A stretch of 64,000 bases of DNA. It comes from a virus. Lineage: Duplodnaviria > Heunggongvirae > Uroviricota > Caudoviricetes. Shown piece after piece: positions 26,161 to 34,219 of the stretch. The translations under genes were made by a program, and so were the position numbers. The notes under the pieces were generated by a model. The model did no database searches and was not told where the DNA came from. It saw nothing but the letters and a program-made list of their open reading frames with translations. Location of the stretch: the IMG/VR virus record IMGVR_UViG_3300017788_000010. One strand, written 5' to 3'. Within the stretch, counting starts at the first letter, position 1. Every line of letters begins with the position of its first letter.

Positions 26161-26708
26161 CAGTTACCTCAAAGCTCAACGACATCACTCCTATCACGGC
26201 GACGTTCTCGTCGACGCATATCCGCGACACCGACAAAAGCACCCTGCACCTGCACCGCGTCCCGAAACAAACAGGTGGCGCTACGGTCATCGGCGTATCT
26301 ATCGACGGGGGGATCAGTATGCACCACGCCAAGTGCGACCCGCGAGACGGGTTCAGCCGGAGGCTCGGTACGCTTATGTGCTTGGATCGCTTCGTCGACC
26401 AGACGCTGAGATCACAGAACCCGAGCAAGGCGTGGTCCATCGTGTCCTATCGCTGCGACGCCAACGGCTACTATCTGATCGTGGAATCGAGGCCGCGCCC
26501 GGAGTACCCCACAAACGGCTCTGTTCGAGAGAAGGAGGCCTTCCGGGTGCTGGAGACGCGCCGCGCTTGGGAGCGGGTCACCGCCCTCGCGTCCAGCTTC
26601 AAGTCTGGAAAGTGGGTCGAGTACACCACCATGCCTAAGGAGGACACGGACGATGTCGTCTACACGAAGAAAGCAAAGCGCGTCTACCAAAAGACCAACG
26701 CATCCTGA
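26151..26708 (+). CDS. Hypothetical protein in a GC-rich island (185 aa)
   Basis: Longest ORF in a roughly 65% GC patch. Shorter ORFs overlap it on both strands, as expected for a GC-rich sequence. The exact start is uncertain. Confidence 0.4.
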   Translation: MHLTVTSKLNDITPITATFSSTHIRDTDKSTLHLHRVPKQTGGATVIGVSIDGGISMHHAKCDPRDGFSRRLGTLMCLDRFVDQTLRSQNPSKAWSIVSYRCDANGYYLIVESRPRPEYPTNGSVREKEAFRVLETRRAWERVTALASSFKSGKWVEYTTMPKEDTDDVVYTKKAKRVYQKTNAS

Positions 26709-26914
26709 CTCCGGGCGTGTGCGAGCGGCCCTCGCACACCTAAAAGTGCACCCTTGGTACAAGGACGTGCGTTGGAGCGGGAAAGATTATGAGGTTACCG
26801 TGAAGGGCCCTCTTAATAGCTCGGCTGTTCCTGTATCCGTCCTAGGGTATAGGCTGGTCTACATAGTAATCTGAACAAGGTGCGGACGTGGCGAAATTGG
26901 CAGCCGCGCAAGAC

Positions 26915-27457
26915 TTACCTTAATGACCTTAGTATCTCATAAGCGTTTTCTACTAGCTCTCTACCCAAACGTCGGCCTCCAGCATGCACTCTAACAAGAG
27001 GTGTTTTACGTGCTGGTTCTATATACAGGCGGGCGTTTGGGTAGGTGCTGCAAAGTAGCGTCGCGGCCTCTTTGTCCGGAGAATAGAGAACAAGTCTAGG
27101 CGCTCTTTTGAGCTTATAGACATCTCTTAAAAGCCAGACAACGAGGTCGATCAAAGCAGTGTCTGTGTTGCAAAAACAAACGCACGTGGTCCTGTCTGTA
27201 TGCCACCCCTCGCATAAATAAGCGACGTGGGCGGCAACAGATTTGGGGCTATACAGCTCCTCTCTAGTAGGGGTCTCGTGCGACCGGCGGCAAAGATAGT
27301 TGTACTCAGAGGCTGGGCGTGTGTCAATACCGTAACGGCGCATGTAGCTCCGTACAGTTTTGTGATCACAACCAAGCTCCTTAGCAACTTGATAAACCGT
27401 CTTTTGGTTTGTGCAATACTCGGCAACTAATTGATCTTTTGAGATGCGAAGAGTCAT
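26915..27457 (-). CDS. HTH + LAGLIDADG-like protein (180 aa) encoded antisense within the tRNA-Leu(UAG) group I intron
   Basis: N-terminal HTH QKTVYQVAKELGCDHKTVRSYM. Motif YLCEGW and downstream LK-x-P...LVLY align with the 24239..24877 protein. The stop codon overlaps the last 2 nt of tRNA exon 1. Confidence 0.5.
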   Translation of the reverse strand: MTLRISKDQLVAEYCTNQKTVYQVAKELGCDHKTVRSYMRRYGIDTRPASEYNYLCRRSHETPTREELYSPKSVAAHVAYLCEGWHTDRTTCVCFCNTDTALIDLVVWLLRDVYKLKRAPRLVLYSPDKEAATLLCSTYPNARLYIEPARKTPLVRVHAGGRRLGRELVENAYEILRSLR

Positions 27458-27710
27458 TGAACCTGAGCGCTTAATCAGAAATGGTTAAGTAGAACGAAGC
27501 TGTATGCGGGAAACCCCTAAAGCCTGTGGTACTACGCGACTAACAAAAGTGTAGTAAAAATCCACAGGATGTCAAATGGGCAACCCGCAGGGAAGACGGT
27601 CGCCGTCCCCTCAGAGACTAAACGCTTCGCTCCTGACCGGCCGGTGGCTAGAAGGAGATGATATAGTCCAGACCACAACCGTAAGGCTTAGCGAAAGCTA
27701 GGGTGGTAAG
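26917..27710 (+). mobile_element. Group I intron in tRNA-Leu(UAG) with complete P/Q/R/S core; carries an antisense ORF
   Basis: P-like ATGCGGGAAA (about 27503), Q-like AACCCGCAGG (about 27582), R TCAGAGACTAAA (about 27620), S GATATAGTCC (about 27660), P9 GAAA tetraloop, and omega-G at 27710. The 3' roughly 130 nt are near-identical to the tRNA-Leu(UAA) intron. Confidence 0.7.
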
Positions 27711-27768
27711 AGGATCTTGTGTCGAAAGACGTGTGGGTTCGAGTCCCACCTTCCGCACCACCTACAAA

Positions 27769-28032
27769 ATGATCTACTCTCTTGTCTTCGGTAAATATAC
27801 TAGGCGCGTAGAGGCCCCTAAAGATTTTGATTTCACAGCGGCCTACGTGAAAGCATATATGCAAGACCCTATGCTCAGAGGAGACCCTTCTGGCGTAGGC
27901 AAGTTCGTCCTTTTTTTATTAGACACTTATCCAGAGGTAACAATACCTATAGAAGAAAGTAGAGTGGTTAATCTAGTACACGCGTTCAACGCAGCACAAG
28001 AGAAATACTTTAAAACACATGGACAAGGATAG
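27769..28032 (+). CDS. Hypothetical protein (87 aa)
   Basis: ATG lies 9 nt after tRNA-Leu(UAG) exon 2. The ORF track begins upstream, inside the tRNA. Confidence 0.5.
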   Translation: MIYSLVFGKYTRRVEAPKDFDFTAAYVKAYMQDPMLRGDPSGVGKFVLFLLDTYPEVTIPIEESRVVNLVHAFNAAQEKYFKTHGQG

Positions 28033-28396
28033 AAATTCAGAACTATCTATAAACGATTATCAGCGCATAGCAGCCACGTATGGGCGCTACCCTAAAATAG
28101 GGCGCGGAGACATAACCTACCCTGTACTTTTACTGTGCTCAGAGGCCGGCGAAGTTGCTGGCAAGCTGACAAAATTATGGAGAGATAAAGGCTATCCTGA
28201 CAAGATGAGCCTCACTGACTACTCAGACGATGAGAAGCTAGAGATAGTTAAAGAACTAGGCGACGCCCAATGGAGTCTAGTTATGGTAGCCTACGAAGCT
28301 GGTTTTGATGCAGAAGAGATCTTGAGAATAAATCTTGAAAAGCTCGAAGATAGAAGAAGACGGAACGCCCTCAGCGGATCCGGAGACAATAGATAG
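28019..28396 (+). CDS. mazG: MazG-like nucleoside triphosphate pyrophosphohydrolase
   Basis: All-alpha NTP-PPase signature: YQRIAATYGRYP ... LLLCSEAGEVAGKLTKLWRDKG ... EKLEIVKELGDAQWSLVMVA. Confidence 0.65.
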   Translation: MDKDRNSELSINDYQRIAATYGRYPKIGRGDITYPVLLLCSEAGEVAGKLTKLWRDKGYPDKMSLTDYSDDEKLEIVKELGDAQWSLVMVAYEAGFDAEEILRINLEKLEDRRRRNALSGSGDNR

Positions 28397-28631
28397 TTTC
28401 CTAGTCGTCGTACACAAAGACAGAAAACCCATAACTGTAGCTGTAGTACAAAAAGACACTATACTTTACATAGCCAGTCGAGGAGCTCAGGTAGAGGAAC
28501 TAGACGCCTTAAACACTAGGTATAGAATGCCTATAGAAAAGGCGGTTATTGGTTTCTTGATGCTCATGCTAACGCATGATTTGAGAAAACTCGATCCAGC
28601 AAAAACAGAGACTGTAGGAATAGTTTTTCCT

Positions 28632-28706
28632 CGGGCAGTGGACCAGTGGTGGGTCACGGCGTTTGGGTCGCCGTCTACGTAGGTTCGACTCCTATCTGCC
28701 CGACCA
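28632..28706 (+). tRNA. tRNA-Pro (anticodon UGG), CCA encoded
   Basis: Acceptor CGGGCAG/CTGCCCG. D-arm GACC-AGTGGTGG-GTC. Anticodon stem CGGCG/CGCCG with loop TTTGGGT. T-arm GTAGG-TTCGACT-CCTAT. Confidence 0.85.
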
Positions 28707-28708
28707 TT

Positions 28709-29152
28709 ATGCAAACATTTCTTCCTTTACCAGACTTTCGTGCGTCAGCGGAAGTTATGGACTACAAACGACTAGGTAAACAACGTGTAGAGGCCTTCCA
28801 GCTTCTTAACTCGCTAACACCTGGCTACAGTAAAAAAGGTTGGTTAAACCACCCCGCCCGTTTGATGTGGATAGGGTACACACCTGCTCTACGTAACTAC
28901 CTCGCGGTGTTTATTGACGAGTGGGTGTGTAGGGGATATCGAAACACCATGGTTATACCGCCATACGAAGAGAGCGCCACGCTACCGCATTGGTTCGGTA
29001 GCGAGGCGTTCCACGCCTCTCACAGAGCTAATCTGATAAGAAAAGACACGTTTTACAGAAAATGGGGCTGGACAGAGTCTCCCGATATGCCCTACATATG
29101 GCCTAGCCCACTTCCCGACAGCGTTGATCCTGTAACAGGCGCGCAGTTGTAA
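28709..29152 (+). CDS. Hypothetical protein (147 aa; begins MQTFLPLPDFRASAE)
   Basis: ATG lies 3 nt after tRNA-Pro. The ORF track's upstream extension overlaps the tRNA. No function could be recognised from the sequence. Confidence 0.5.
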   Translation: MQTFLPLPDFRASAEVMDYKRLGKQRVEAFQLLNSLTPGYSKKGWLNHPARLMWIGYTPALRNYLAVFIDEWVCRGYRNTMVIPPYEESATLPHWFGSEAFHASHRANLIRKDTFYRKWGWTESPDMPYIWPSPLPDSVDPVTGAQL

Positions 29153-29257
29153 TATGTTCAAAGACAAGACTCAGAAAAATCAGGCGCTAGTCATAACAGG
29201 TATTGTATCCCTGTGTAGCGCCTTGATTGTGTTTGCTTGGTTTGTTTTCGATTCGCT

Positions 29258-29500
29258 ATGCAAAAAGCAGTAGAGTACACGACGCGTTTTCTTTCAGACA
29301 TGCGCTTCTCAAGAGCTACCTGGGACTATACCCTGGTGTGCTATGCAGGAAATAGGCGCGTAACGAGGCATGAGCTAGAGCAGGATCTTCGGTGGCACTC
29401 CGCTAAATGCCGCTGGTACGAGCTGGAGCTGTTATTGGAATCCGAGCTCGGCTTGTTTGACCCCGACAATCCTAAAAAGATATCCAGGTATCGTAGTTGA
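29258..29500 (+). CDS. Hypothetical protein (80 aa from the in-frame ATG)
   Basis: ORF followed by a strong intrinsic terminator. Confidence 0.45.
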   Translation: MQKAVEYTTRFLSDMRFSRATWDYTLVCYAGNRRVTRHELEQDLRWHSAKCRWYELELLLESELGLFDPDNPKKISRYRS

Positions 29501-29505
29501 TAGAA

Positions 29506-29540
29506 GAACAGCCGGCTAACCCGGCTGTTCTTTTCTTTTA
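29506..29540 (+). terminator. Bidirectional rho-independent terminator
   Basis: Perfect 10-bp stem GAACAGCCGG-ctaa-CCGGCTGTTC followed by TTTTCTTTT. Lies between convergent genes. Confidence 0.7.
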
Positions 29541-29861
29541 CTCTTTGTGCTCTGATACAAAATGATGTCGATGAAGTAACCTTAGTTCCTGCAGTATCTC
29601 GCGCTGCGATGCTGCCAAGGTCACCGAGGTCTCTTTCTCCTCGGCCGTGTGCGCCCGCCACAGCTCTATACTCTCTGCGAAAGAATCGACCGCCTTTTCT
29701 AGACTCTTCTGTGTGGTGTCTATGCGCACCATCATCCATCTAACGATAACACCAACAAACGCAGCCAGGGCTATCACCGCCCCGGCTATCCAGCGGATAG
29801 CTTCTGTGAAATGCTCCACCGATAACTGGGACGGGTCAGTGAGTATGACTAGTAGATGCAT
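29538..29861 (-). CDS. Small membrane protein (one TM, 107 aa), possible holin-like or membrane-anchored protein
   Basis: Hydrophobic segment IAGAVIALAAFVGVIV with a charged C-terminal coiled region. Immediately downstream of the beta-helix protein gene. Confidence 0.4.
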   Translation of the reverse strand: MHLLVILTDPSQLSVEHFTEAIRWIAGAVIALAAFVGVIVRWMMVRIDTTQKSLEKAVDSFAESIELWRAHTAEEKETSVTLAASQREILQELRLLHRHHFVSEHKE

Positions 29862-31288
29862 TATTCGGCTTTCTGATACGCGTCAATAGCGGTATCGCTT
29901 AGGGTTAGTCCTCTATACATCATCTTGCGACCGCTCTGGAATCCGCTATATTGCGACAGCCGCCCTGGTCTTCCTGCTGTTATCTCTACGAGGCCATTAT
30001 CAATTGAGCCGCCAAACTTATTGAATAGATCAATAGCTGTCGGGCAGCCTTTAGCAACAAACTCGTCGATGATTAGATGCTCGATGCCAGATAGCATCAT
30101 GGCATTACGGCAACCTGTTGTGCCTGTTATATTGTTGTTGATCAGGCGAACAAACGTGTGTGAGAAGCCCCCGGGAGTCCGATGCGGTTTCTTGCCGCCG
30201 TCTGTCCACACAACTATACCGCCTTCATCTTTACCGGCGCTTAATTCGTTGTCCTCAATATAGACCGGCCCTAAATGGCCGGCTACTGTAATGACACCAC
30301 CACCGCCACTGCCGCCAGTAGCTGCGAACTTGTTTCTTTGGATAAATACAGCACCCAAACCAGTCGGACCACCTGCCCATAGAGCGTTAGGGTCGCCGCG
30401 GTTTACTAGCTGAACAGCTGTTCTACCTGTGGGGCCTAGCGAGATGCAATCGGTGATATAAGTATCACCAAGACCATCAGCACCGACGCTATCAAGATAT
30501 ATGTGGTGCTCACGAGCGGCGGCAAAACTACCGTTCCGTATATCGTATCTACCACGACCGTGCGCGCGGATATTCCAGTTGATGCCCGTGCCGCCGAAAG
30601 TTGTTGTCGATTCGCCAGTGAAGCGGCAATTATGGAACCCCAGGAGACCTTGCCAGGAGTGCGCCGCTACGCCGACACACGAGCTACCCGTAGCGGGATT
30701 GCGTATGGTTACATCCTTGAACAATATACGACCTACGCCGGTATTGCCAGCAAGAAATGCTGATGTACTAGATCTAACGTCCCCAGTAAACGAAAGGCCT
30801 TTAATAAGGGCCGGATTAGCGGGGTCGGCGCTGCGCGCAACTACGCCCGATATAGGGCGGCCTGACCACGCAACAACGAAGGCTTTATTTTTATCTCCAC
30901 CACCAAGATGCGCCCCGTTCAAAACGCCTTTTAGAATCAGCGAGCGGCAACGTTCGGACTCCGCCCACTTAAGCGCTTCAACCAATTCGTGTGTTATGGG
31001 TGCGTTATAGCGGCGATCTCTCGTTATTACTCTACCGTCAGGAAGAGTGAGCTTACCGGGCTCTACGATGATATGCTTATCAAAATCAGTTTGCCAGAAA
31101 TACCCGGTGTCGCCAGGAGAGGGGTCTTCTTCCTCAACAGAAACAACACTAGGTACATCGTCTAAAGAAGCTTGCAAGAGAGCGGAGGGATTAGGTGCCG
31201 CAGAAGCGCTGGCAATAGCAGGGCCAGTTACTACCCATGTAGAGGGGTCGACCCAAAGTGAATTACCGGTTGATGTGCTAGCGGCCAT
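29861..31288 (-). CDS. Right-handed beta-helix (pectate-lyase fold) tailspike/depolymerase-like protein (475 aa)
   Basis: Repetitive G/N/T-rich beta-helix-like segments (GDVRSSTSAFLAGNTGVGRILFKDVTIRN ..., GGSGGGGVITVAGHLGPVYIEDNELS). Confidence 0.65.
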   Translation of the reverse strand: MAASTSTGNSLWVDPSTWVVTGPAIASASAAPNPSALLQASLDDVPSVVSVEEEDPSPGDTGYFWQTDFDKHIIVEPGKLTLPDGRVITRDRRYNAPITHELVEALKWAESERCRSLILKGVLNGAHLGGGDKNKAFVVAWSGRPISGVVARSADPANPALIKGLSFTGDVRSSTSAFLAGNTGVGRILFKDVTIRNPATGSSCVGVAAHSWQGLLGFHNCRFTGESTTTFGGTGINWNIRAHGRGRYDIRNGSFAAAREHHIYLDSVGADGLGDTYITDCISLGPTGRTAVQLVNRGDPNALWAGGPTGLGAVFIQRNKFAATGGSGGGGVITVAGHLGPVYIEDNELSAGKDEGGIVVWTDGGKKPHRTPGGFSHTFVRLINNNITGTTGCRNAMMLSGIEHLIIDEFVAKGCPTAIDLFNKFGGSIDNGLVEITAGRPGRLSQYSGFQSGRKMMYRGLTLSDTAIDAYQKAE

Positions 31289-31289
31289 A

Positions 31290-31670
31290 TTATAATCCTG
31301 TTCTTACGATTAGACGTATATCGCCGCCAACGTTTTTAGTAGTCGTTCCTTCGGCGAACTGTTTCTTACTCACAGAAGTAATTGTAGGGCTGATCCAATT
31401 TAAATCAAAAATGTTGTCTTGAACAAAGATGGCCCAGTGAAGGGCCAGCAAGTCAGCGTCTTTCAATTTTTTTGATAGTATGGTACTTACAGCAGATAAA
31501 AGAAAAGCCGCCCTATCGTCTTTGTCTAGGGAGGCGTTTACGAAGATCTGCTTAGAAGAGAGGGCTAGTCGGTATTTTTCAGTTTCCGGTAAAGTCTTGG
31601 CCGTGACTGAATATGTCGTACCGAGTATCTTTAATGTTTTCGGCATTTTGATGCTTTGGTAAAGAATCAA
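31290..31670 (-). CDS. Hypothetical protein (126 aa)
   Basis: ORF separated by 1 nt from the downstream gene. Confidence 0.45.
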   Translation of the reverse strand: MILYQSIKMPKTLKILGTTYSVTAKTLPETEKYRLALSSKQIFVNASLDKDDRAAFLLSAVSTILSKKLKDADLLALHWAIFVQDNIFDLNWISPTITSVSKKQFAEGTTTKNVGGDIRLIVRTGL

Positions 31671-32218
31671 CTAATCGTAGCGGACTCAGACCAGGAATTA
31701 GATATCAGGCTGAGTGCGAACGCGGGAGCAAAATCACTGAGCCGCATGTTCACAACTGTTACGCCAAAATCCTTAAGGGCTCTGCTTGCTTCCATGGTAA
31801 GTATAGCGTCTATGTCTACGCGTTTCTCCTGAATCTCAGAAAAAGTATGTGTCACCACAACACTACGCACAACGGCTAGAGATATCTCCGCTATCGCCTC
31901 GGCCGCGTCTTCATTATTAACGAGATATTGCTCTATATCAGTGACCAGGTAGATAATGATTCCTCCACAAACAACCGTTCTCCCGTCTTTGGTGCAAAGA
32001 GTCTGAGGAGCTAAATGAGAAAGCTGCCTAACTACCGGAATAACAACTATTTCGGTAACCAAAGGCCACCACCAAACAAGTCCTGGAAGGAGATGCTTTG
32101 TCCTGTATCCGTGAACAAACGCGATACCCTCGTGTGTTTTACGAACTATCTTGAGCCTGGGAAAGAACTTCCCAAACCAATTGACCAGTTCGCTAAGCCA
32201 GGCAAAGGCGGCGTCCAT
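31667..32218 (-). CDS. SPFH/band-7 (stomatin/prohibitin-like) domain protein
   Basis: TKDGRTVVCGGIIIYLVTDIEQY ... AIAEISLAVVRSVV ... DFGVTVVNMRLSDF matches the SPFH core. Start chosen at Met 38 to avoid overlap with the divergent promoter motif. Confidence 0.55.
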   Translation of the reverse strand: MDAAFAWLSELVNWFGKFFPRLKIVRKTHEGIAFVHGYRTKHLLPGLVWWWPLVTEIVVIPVVRQLSHLAPQTLCTKDGRTVVCGGIIIYLVTDIEQYLVNNEDAAEAIAEISLAVVRSVVVTHTFSEIQEKRVDIDAILTMEASRALKDFGVTVVNMRLSDFAPAFALSLISNSWSESATIS

Positions 32219-32249
32219 ACAATAAGTATAGCAAAAAGATATGCAAAAA

Positions 32250-32263
32250 AAGGCATAAGATAT
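32250..32263 (+). promoter_or_regulatory. Conserved promoter-like motif AAGGCATAAGATAT (copy 6, lacks the TGTG part)
   Basis: Lies in the 105-bp divergent intergenic region, about 60 nt upstream of the ATG at 32324. Confidence 0.4.
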
Positions 32264-32323
32264 TTGATCCGACAGAGGTTGTCTCATATCGGACACACAC
32301 AGAGATATACGGAGATACTCAAA

Positions 32324-33223
32324 ATGCAATCGCTAGGTCGGCGAGTTGAAGCGGCGATCAAAAAGATCAAGGAAGAGGGAGGCTACATCGCCCTAATCGG
32401 GGGCATGCCACGCAACCTGCCTCCTTGGGTGTCGGAGAGCCGCTTGTTCAGGTTCATCAAAGACGGTGAGACCATCAGCGACACCTGCCGACTGTTGTTA
32501 GTTGGACGGCATATCCAACACAGTCATGAAAAGCGAAATAGGGCTCTCGCTCAAGGCAAAGACTTCCGCGGATTTGTTAAGACGGGTCAGCTGTCCAGCG
32601 TGCTGAAGGTCTTCAAGGACGAGCTGCTCCCCGACAGACGGTCCGTAGTCGTCGAAGCCCGGGTGACCGCCTCGGCGCCGGGTGAAGGGGTGGCCGAGCC
32701 TACGGCGGCCGAGGCGCCGAAGGTTGTCGCGCTGAAGCCCCCTGTTGGGGGTGACGGGGTAGCGCTGGCCAAGTTGTACGAGGAGCAAATCATCCAGAGG
32801 TACAGGGAGGGCCAAAGCGGAGCTCTTATTGGCCTGTGGCTCGTAACCAAAGCCCGAGAAGAGGGCTTTGAGCCGTCCGCAGACTACATGCGTCACCTGA
32901 CGCTGGCGGTTATCCGAAACTACAAGCAGCGGCGGAGCGACGGAGCCGAGCTGCTCGCCGAGTCCAACGAGCGCGCGACTGCGGAGACCGCAAAGATCCA
33001 GAAGAAGGTCGAGCAGCCGTCGACCACTGCGCAGCGCGTTGCTGCCGAGCTTGTGTCCGCAAACGAGTCGGTGGTGCTATCGGCTTCTGTGGCTGCGAAC
33101 CTGGAGGCGCTCGTTAACGGCCTCGGCGGAGTCGTGAATCTGGAAAAAGAGAACACTCGGCTCCGAGCGGAAAACGCGGCGCTCAAGGAGAAGCTCGAAA
33201 AGCTCAAGGCCGCCCTGAGCTAG
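32324..33223 (+). CDS. Hypothetical protein with C-terminal coiled coil (300 aa), mostly in a GC-rich island
   Basis: SD GGAGAT lies 8 nt upstream of the ATG. The C-terminal heptad-like segment is LEKENTRLRAENAALKEKLEKLKAAL. About 68% GC from 32.6 to 33.2 kb. Confidence 0.55.
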   Translation: MQSLGRRVEAAIKKIKEEGGYIALIGGMPRNLPPWVSESRLFRFIKDGETISDTCRLLLVGRHIQHSHEKRNRALAQGKDFRGFVKTGQLSSVLKVFKDELLPDRRSVVVEARVTASAPGEGVAEPTAAEAPKVVALKPPVGGDGVALAKLYEEQIIQRYREGQSGALIGLWLVTKAREEGFEPSADYMRHLTLAVIRNYKQRRSDGAELLAESNERATAETAKIQKKVEQPSTTAQRVAAELVSANESVVLSASVAANLEALVNGLGGVVNLEKENTRLRAENAALKEKLEKLKAALS

Positions 33224-33228
33224 CCACA

Positions 33229-33265
33229 AAACAATCCCCGGTTATTCCGAGGGTTGTTTTTTTAC
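33229..33265 (+). terminator. Bidirectional rho-independent terminator
   Basis: Hairpin AACAATCCCCGG-ttattc-CGAGGGTTGTT followed by TTTTTTT, between convergent genes. Confidence 0.65.
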
Positions 33266-34219
33266 CTGCTCCTGTATCCAAGCATACGTGGTGGCGAGGC
33301 CTTCTACTAGTGGTCGACTAGGGGCCCAATCTAAGCGCTTACGTATGAGCGCGTTATCACTATTGCGCCCAGCTACGCCCATGGGACCTGCTATGTGTTT
33401 TATCCTTACTTCTTTTTTAGCTATGTGCGCAATCATCCCAACTAGCTGGTTAATAGACACGCGCTCTTCAGATCCTATATTAACCACGTCTAGGCAATCA
33501 GATTGAGTTAGGCGTAAGATACCATCTAAGCACTCATCTATGTACAAAAATGATCGGGTTTGTTCACCTGTGCCCCACACCTCTATCTCACCACCTTCAG
33601 CAGGCAGTTCCGCTACTTTACGGCACAGAGCGGCGGGGGCTTTCTCTTTACCGCCCCGCCATGTACCTTCTGGTCCAAAGATGTTATGGAATCGGGCTAC
33701 ACGGACAGATAGGTCCCAGTTTCTTCTAGCGGCCAAATACATGCGCTCGCTAAACAGCTTCTCCCATCCATATTCAGAGTCTGGATTGGCGGGGTAGGCG
33801 GAAGACTCCTCACAGTTAGGATTATTAGGGTCGGTTTGATTCTCTGCTGGGTATATGCAAGCGGAGCTGGAGTAAAACACTCTAGCTCTACCAGACATGT
33901 ACTTAGCACAATGAAGATTTATGGAAGCAGAATTATGCATCACATTTGCGTCGTTCTCTCCGGTGAAGATGTATCCAGCCCCACCCATATCAGCAGCAAG
34001 TTGATACACATCTGACAGGTTTGGATAAGCGGAGACCAGGGTCTTCCACGAAGACTCGTTTCTGAGATCTAAGATATGGAAGTGATCAGCAGAAGTAAGC
34101 GCGTATTCCGGGTGCTTAAGATCTACACCAATTACAGCATGTCCTTGGCTCTTCAAACGCTTAACAAGGTGCGATCCAATAAAACCACCCGCTCCGCAAA
34201 CTAGTAAGGTACTAGTCAT
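33242..34219 (-). CDS. NAD-dependent sugar epimerase/dehydratase (extended SDR), 325 aa
   Basis: N-terminal GAGGFIGSHL Rossmann motif and catalytic Y-x3-K (YGWEK). Length and layout resemble GDP-fucose synthase or a UDP-sugar epimerase. Confidence 0.75.
   Translation of the reverse strand: MTSTLLVCGAGGFIGSHLVKRLKSQGHAVIGVDLKHPEYALTSADHFHILDLRNESSWKTLVSAYPNLSDVYQLAADMGGAGYIFTGENDANVMHNSASINLHCAKYMSGRARVFYSSSACIYPAENQTDPNNPNCEESSAYPANPDSEYGWEKLFSERMYLAARRNWDLSVRVARFHNIFGPEGTWRGGKEKAPAALCRKVAELPAEGGEIEVWGTGEQTRSFLYIDECLDGILRLTQSDCLDVVNIGSEERVSINQLVGMIAHIAKKEVRIKHIAGPMGVAGRNSDNALIRKRLDWAPSRPLVEGLATTYAWIQEQVKKQPSE

Larger units (their letters stand above)
26882..27760 (+). tRNA. tRNA-Leu (anticodon UAG) interrupted by a 794-nt group I intron between positions 34 and 35. 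Exon 1 is 26882..26916 and exon 2 is 27711..27760.
   Basis: Exon 1 is GCGGACG-TG-GCGAAATTGGCAGCCGC-G-CAAGA-CTT. Exon 2 is AGGA-TCTTG-TGTCGAAAGACG-TGTGGG-TTCGAGT-CCCAC-CTTCCGC-A-CCA. Anticodon stem CAAGA/TCTTG is perfect. Loop CTT|AGGA gives UAG. The acceptor has one C-U mismatch. The exon 1 D-arm is almost identical to E. coli-type tRNA-Leu. Confidence 0.7.

Noticed and set aside
26132-26762. Multiple overlapping ORFs on both strands (26132..26440 minus, 26333..26638 plus, 26412..26762 minus), and similar clusters at 44532..45205 and 55137..55584
   Set aside because: They occur exactly in the 60-70% GC islands, where stop codons are rare in all frames. Only one frame per island is kept as a tentative gene.
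28335-28682. 115-aa plus-strand ORF overlapping the MazG 3' end and 50 nt of tRNA-Pro
   Set aside because: It overlaps both neighbours in alternative frames and has no clear start signal. A small real gene cannot be excluded, but it was not supported enough to list.
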